A stretch of DNA of 64,000 bases, from assembly GCA_051651765.1 (NCBI GenBank), contig JBOFSX010000214.1, positions 1,874 through 65,873 on the forward strand. The letters run 5' to 3'. Shown here piece by piece: positions 63,816-64,000 of this stretch (positions are counted from its first letter, which is position 1; each line of letters opens with the position of its first letter). The position numbers were made by a program, and so were the translations under genes. This DNA is from Anaeroplasmataceae bacterium. GTDB taxonomy: Bacteria > Bacillota_I > Bacilli_A > Acholeplasmatales > Anaeroplasmataceae. Under the pieces are notes generated by a model. The model ran no database searches, was not told the DNA's origin, and saw nothing but the letters and a program-made list of their open reading frames with translations.

Positions 63816-64000
63816 ATGGCGGACAAAGAAACAGCACAACAAAGTGCAAAAGTGAGCAGCGGTACTGCACGACCTGTAGTATCAGTTGATATGGCAACAC
63901 GGATGATGGTTATGAACTCATCTATTGTTGATCTATTTTGTATGTTGAAGATGTCAGAAATCAACCCCGGTCCAAATCTAGTTAATCCAGCGATTAAAAT
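63816..64000 (+). CDS. 5' part of an unidentified, probably highly expressed gene (runs off the window end)
   Basis: AAGGAGG lies 7 nt before ATG 63816. The frame is open to the window end (MADKETAQQSAKVSSGTARPVVSVDMATR...). G+C is clearly higher than in the surroundings. Preferred over track ORFs 63704..63889 and 63737..63964. Confidence 0.6.
   Translation, partial: MADKETAQQSAKVSSGTARPVVSVDMATRMMVMNSSIVDLFCMLKMSEINPGPNLVNPAIK

Noticed and set aside
63704-63964. Track ORFs 63704..63889(+) and 63737..63964(-)
   Set aside because: Neither has an RBS. The frame starting at ATG 63816 behind AAGGAGG stays open to the window end and shows a coherent codon bias.

Overview
Very AT-rich, tightly packed DNA: sampled 60-nt lines give about 16/60 G+C in typical genes and 24/60 in a few islands. 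I saw no rRNA, tRNA, CRISPR array, integrase or transposase. The gene content fits a large virulent (jumbo-type) phage of a low-GC Gram-positive host, with strong AGGAGG-type ribosome binding sites and many hairpin plus T-run terminators. Recognisable genes are: a family-B DNA polymerase fragment that stops just after palm motif A; the N-terminal half of a multisubunit-RNAP beta-like subunit (the phiKZ/AR9-type split RNAP hallmark); an NAD-dependent DNA ligase; a Dda/RecD-like SF1 helicase; a type II topoisomerase ATPase+Toprim subunit; a DUF4236-RNase HI fusion; a Clp/Hsp100-D2-like AAA+ ATPase; two class-3 lipase-like proteins; two M48-like zinc metalloproteases; and three RCC1-repeat-like proteins. 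Everything else is ORFan, much of it in tandem paralog families, including a likely virion block at about 29.7-45.9 kb. Two recurrent intergenic motifs look like phage-specific promoter classes. One is ATATATTATTA..GAGTA, found in front of small, higher-GC, self-terminated cassettes. The other is (A/G/T)AC-N-N6-TA(T)A, found in front of most operons on both strands. The least explained region is 12.6-17.1 kb. It holds a 482-bp gene-free, hairpin-dense island (candidate structured RNA) followed by the AAA+ / small ORF / DUF4236-RNase H / membrane-protein cluster. Several ORF-track starts were moved to the first start codon with a proper RBS. All functional calls rest on motifs read by eye, with no database search.
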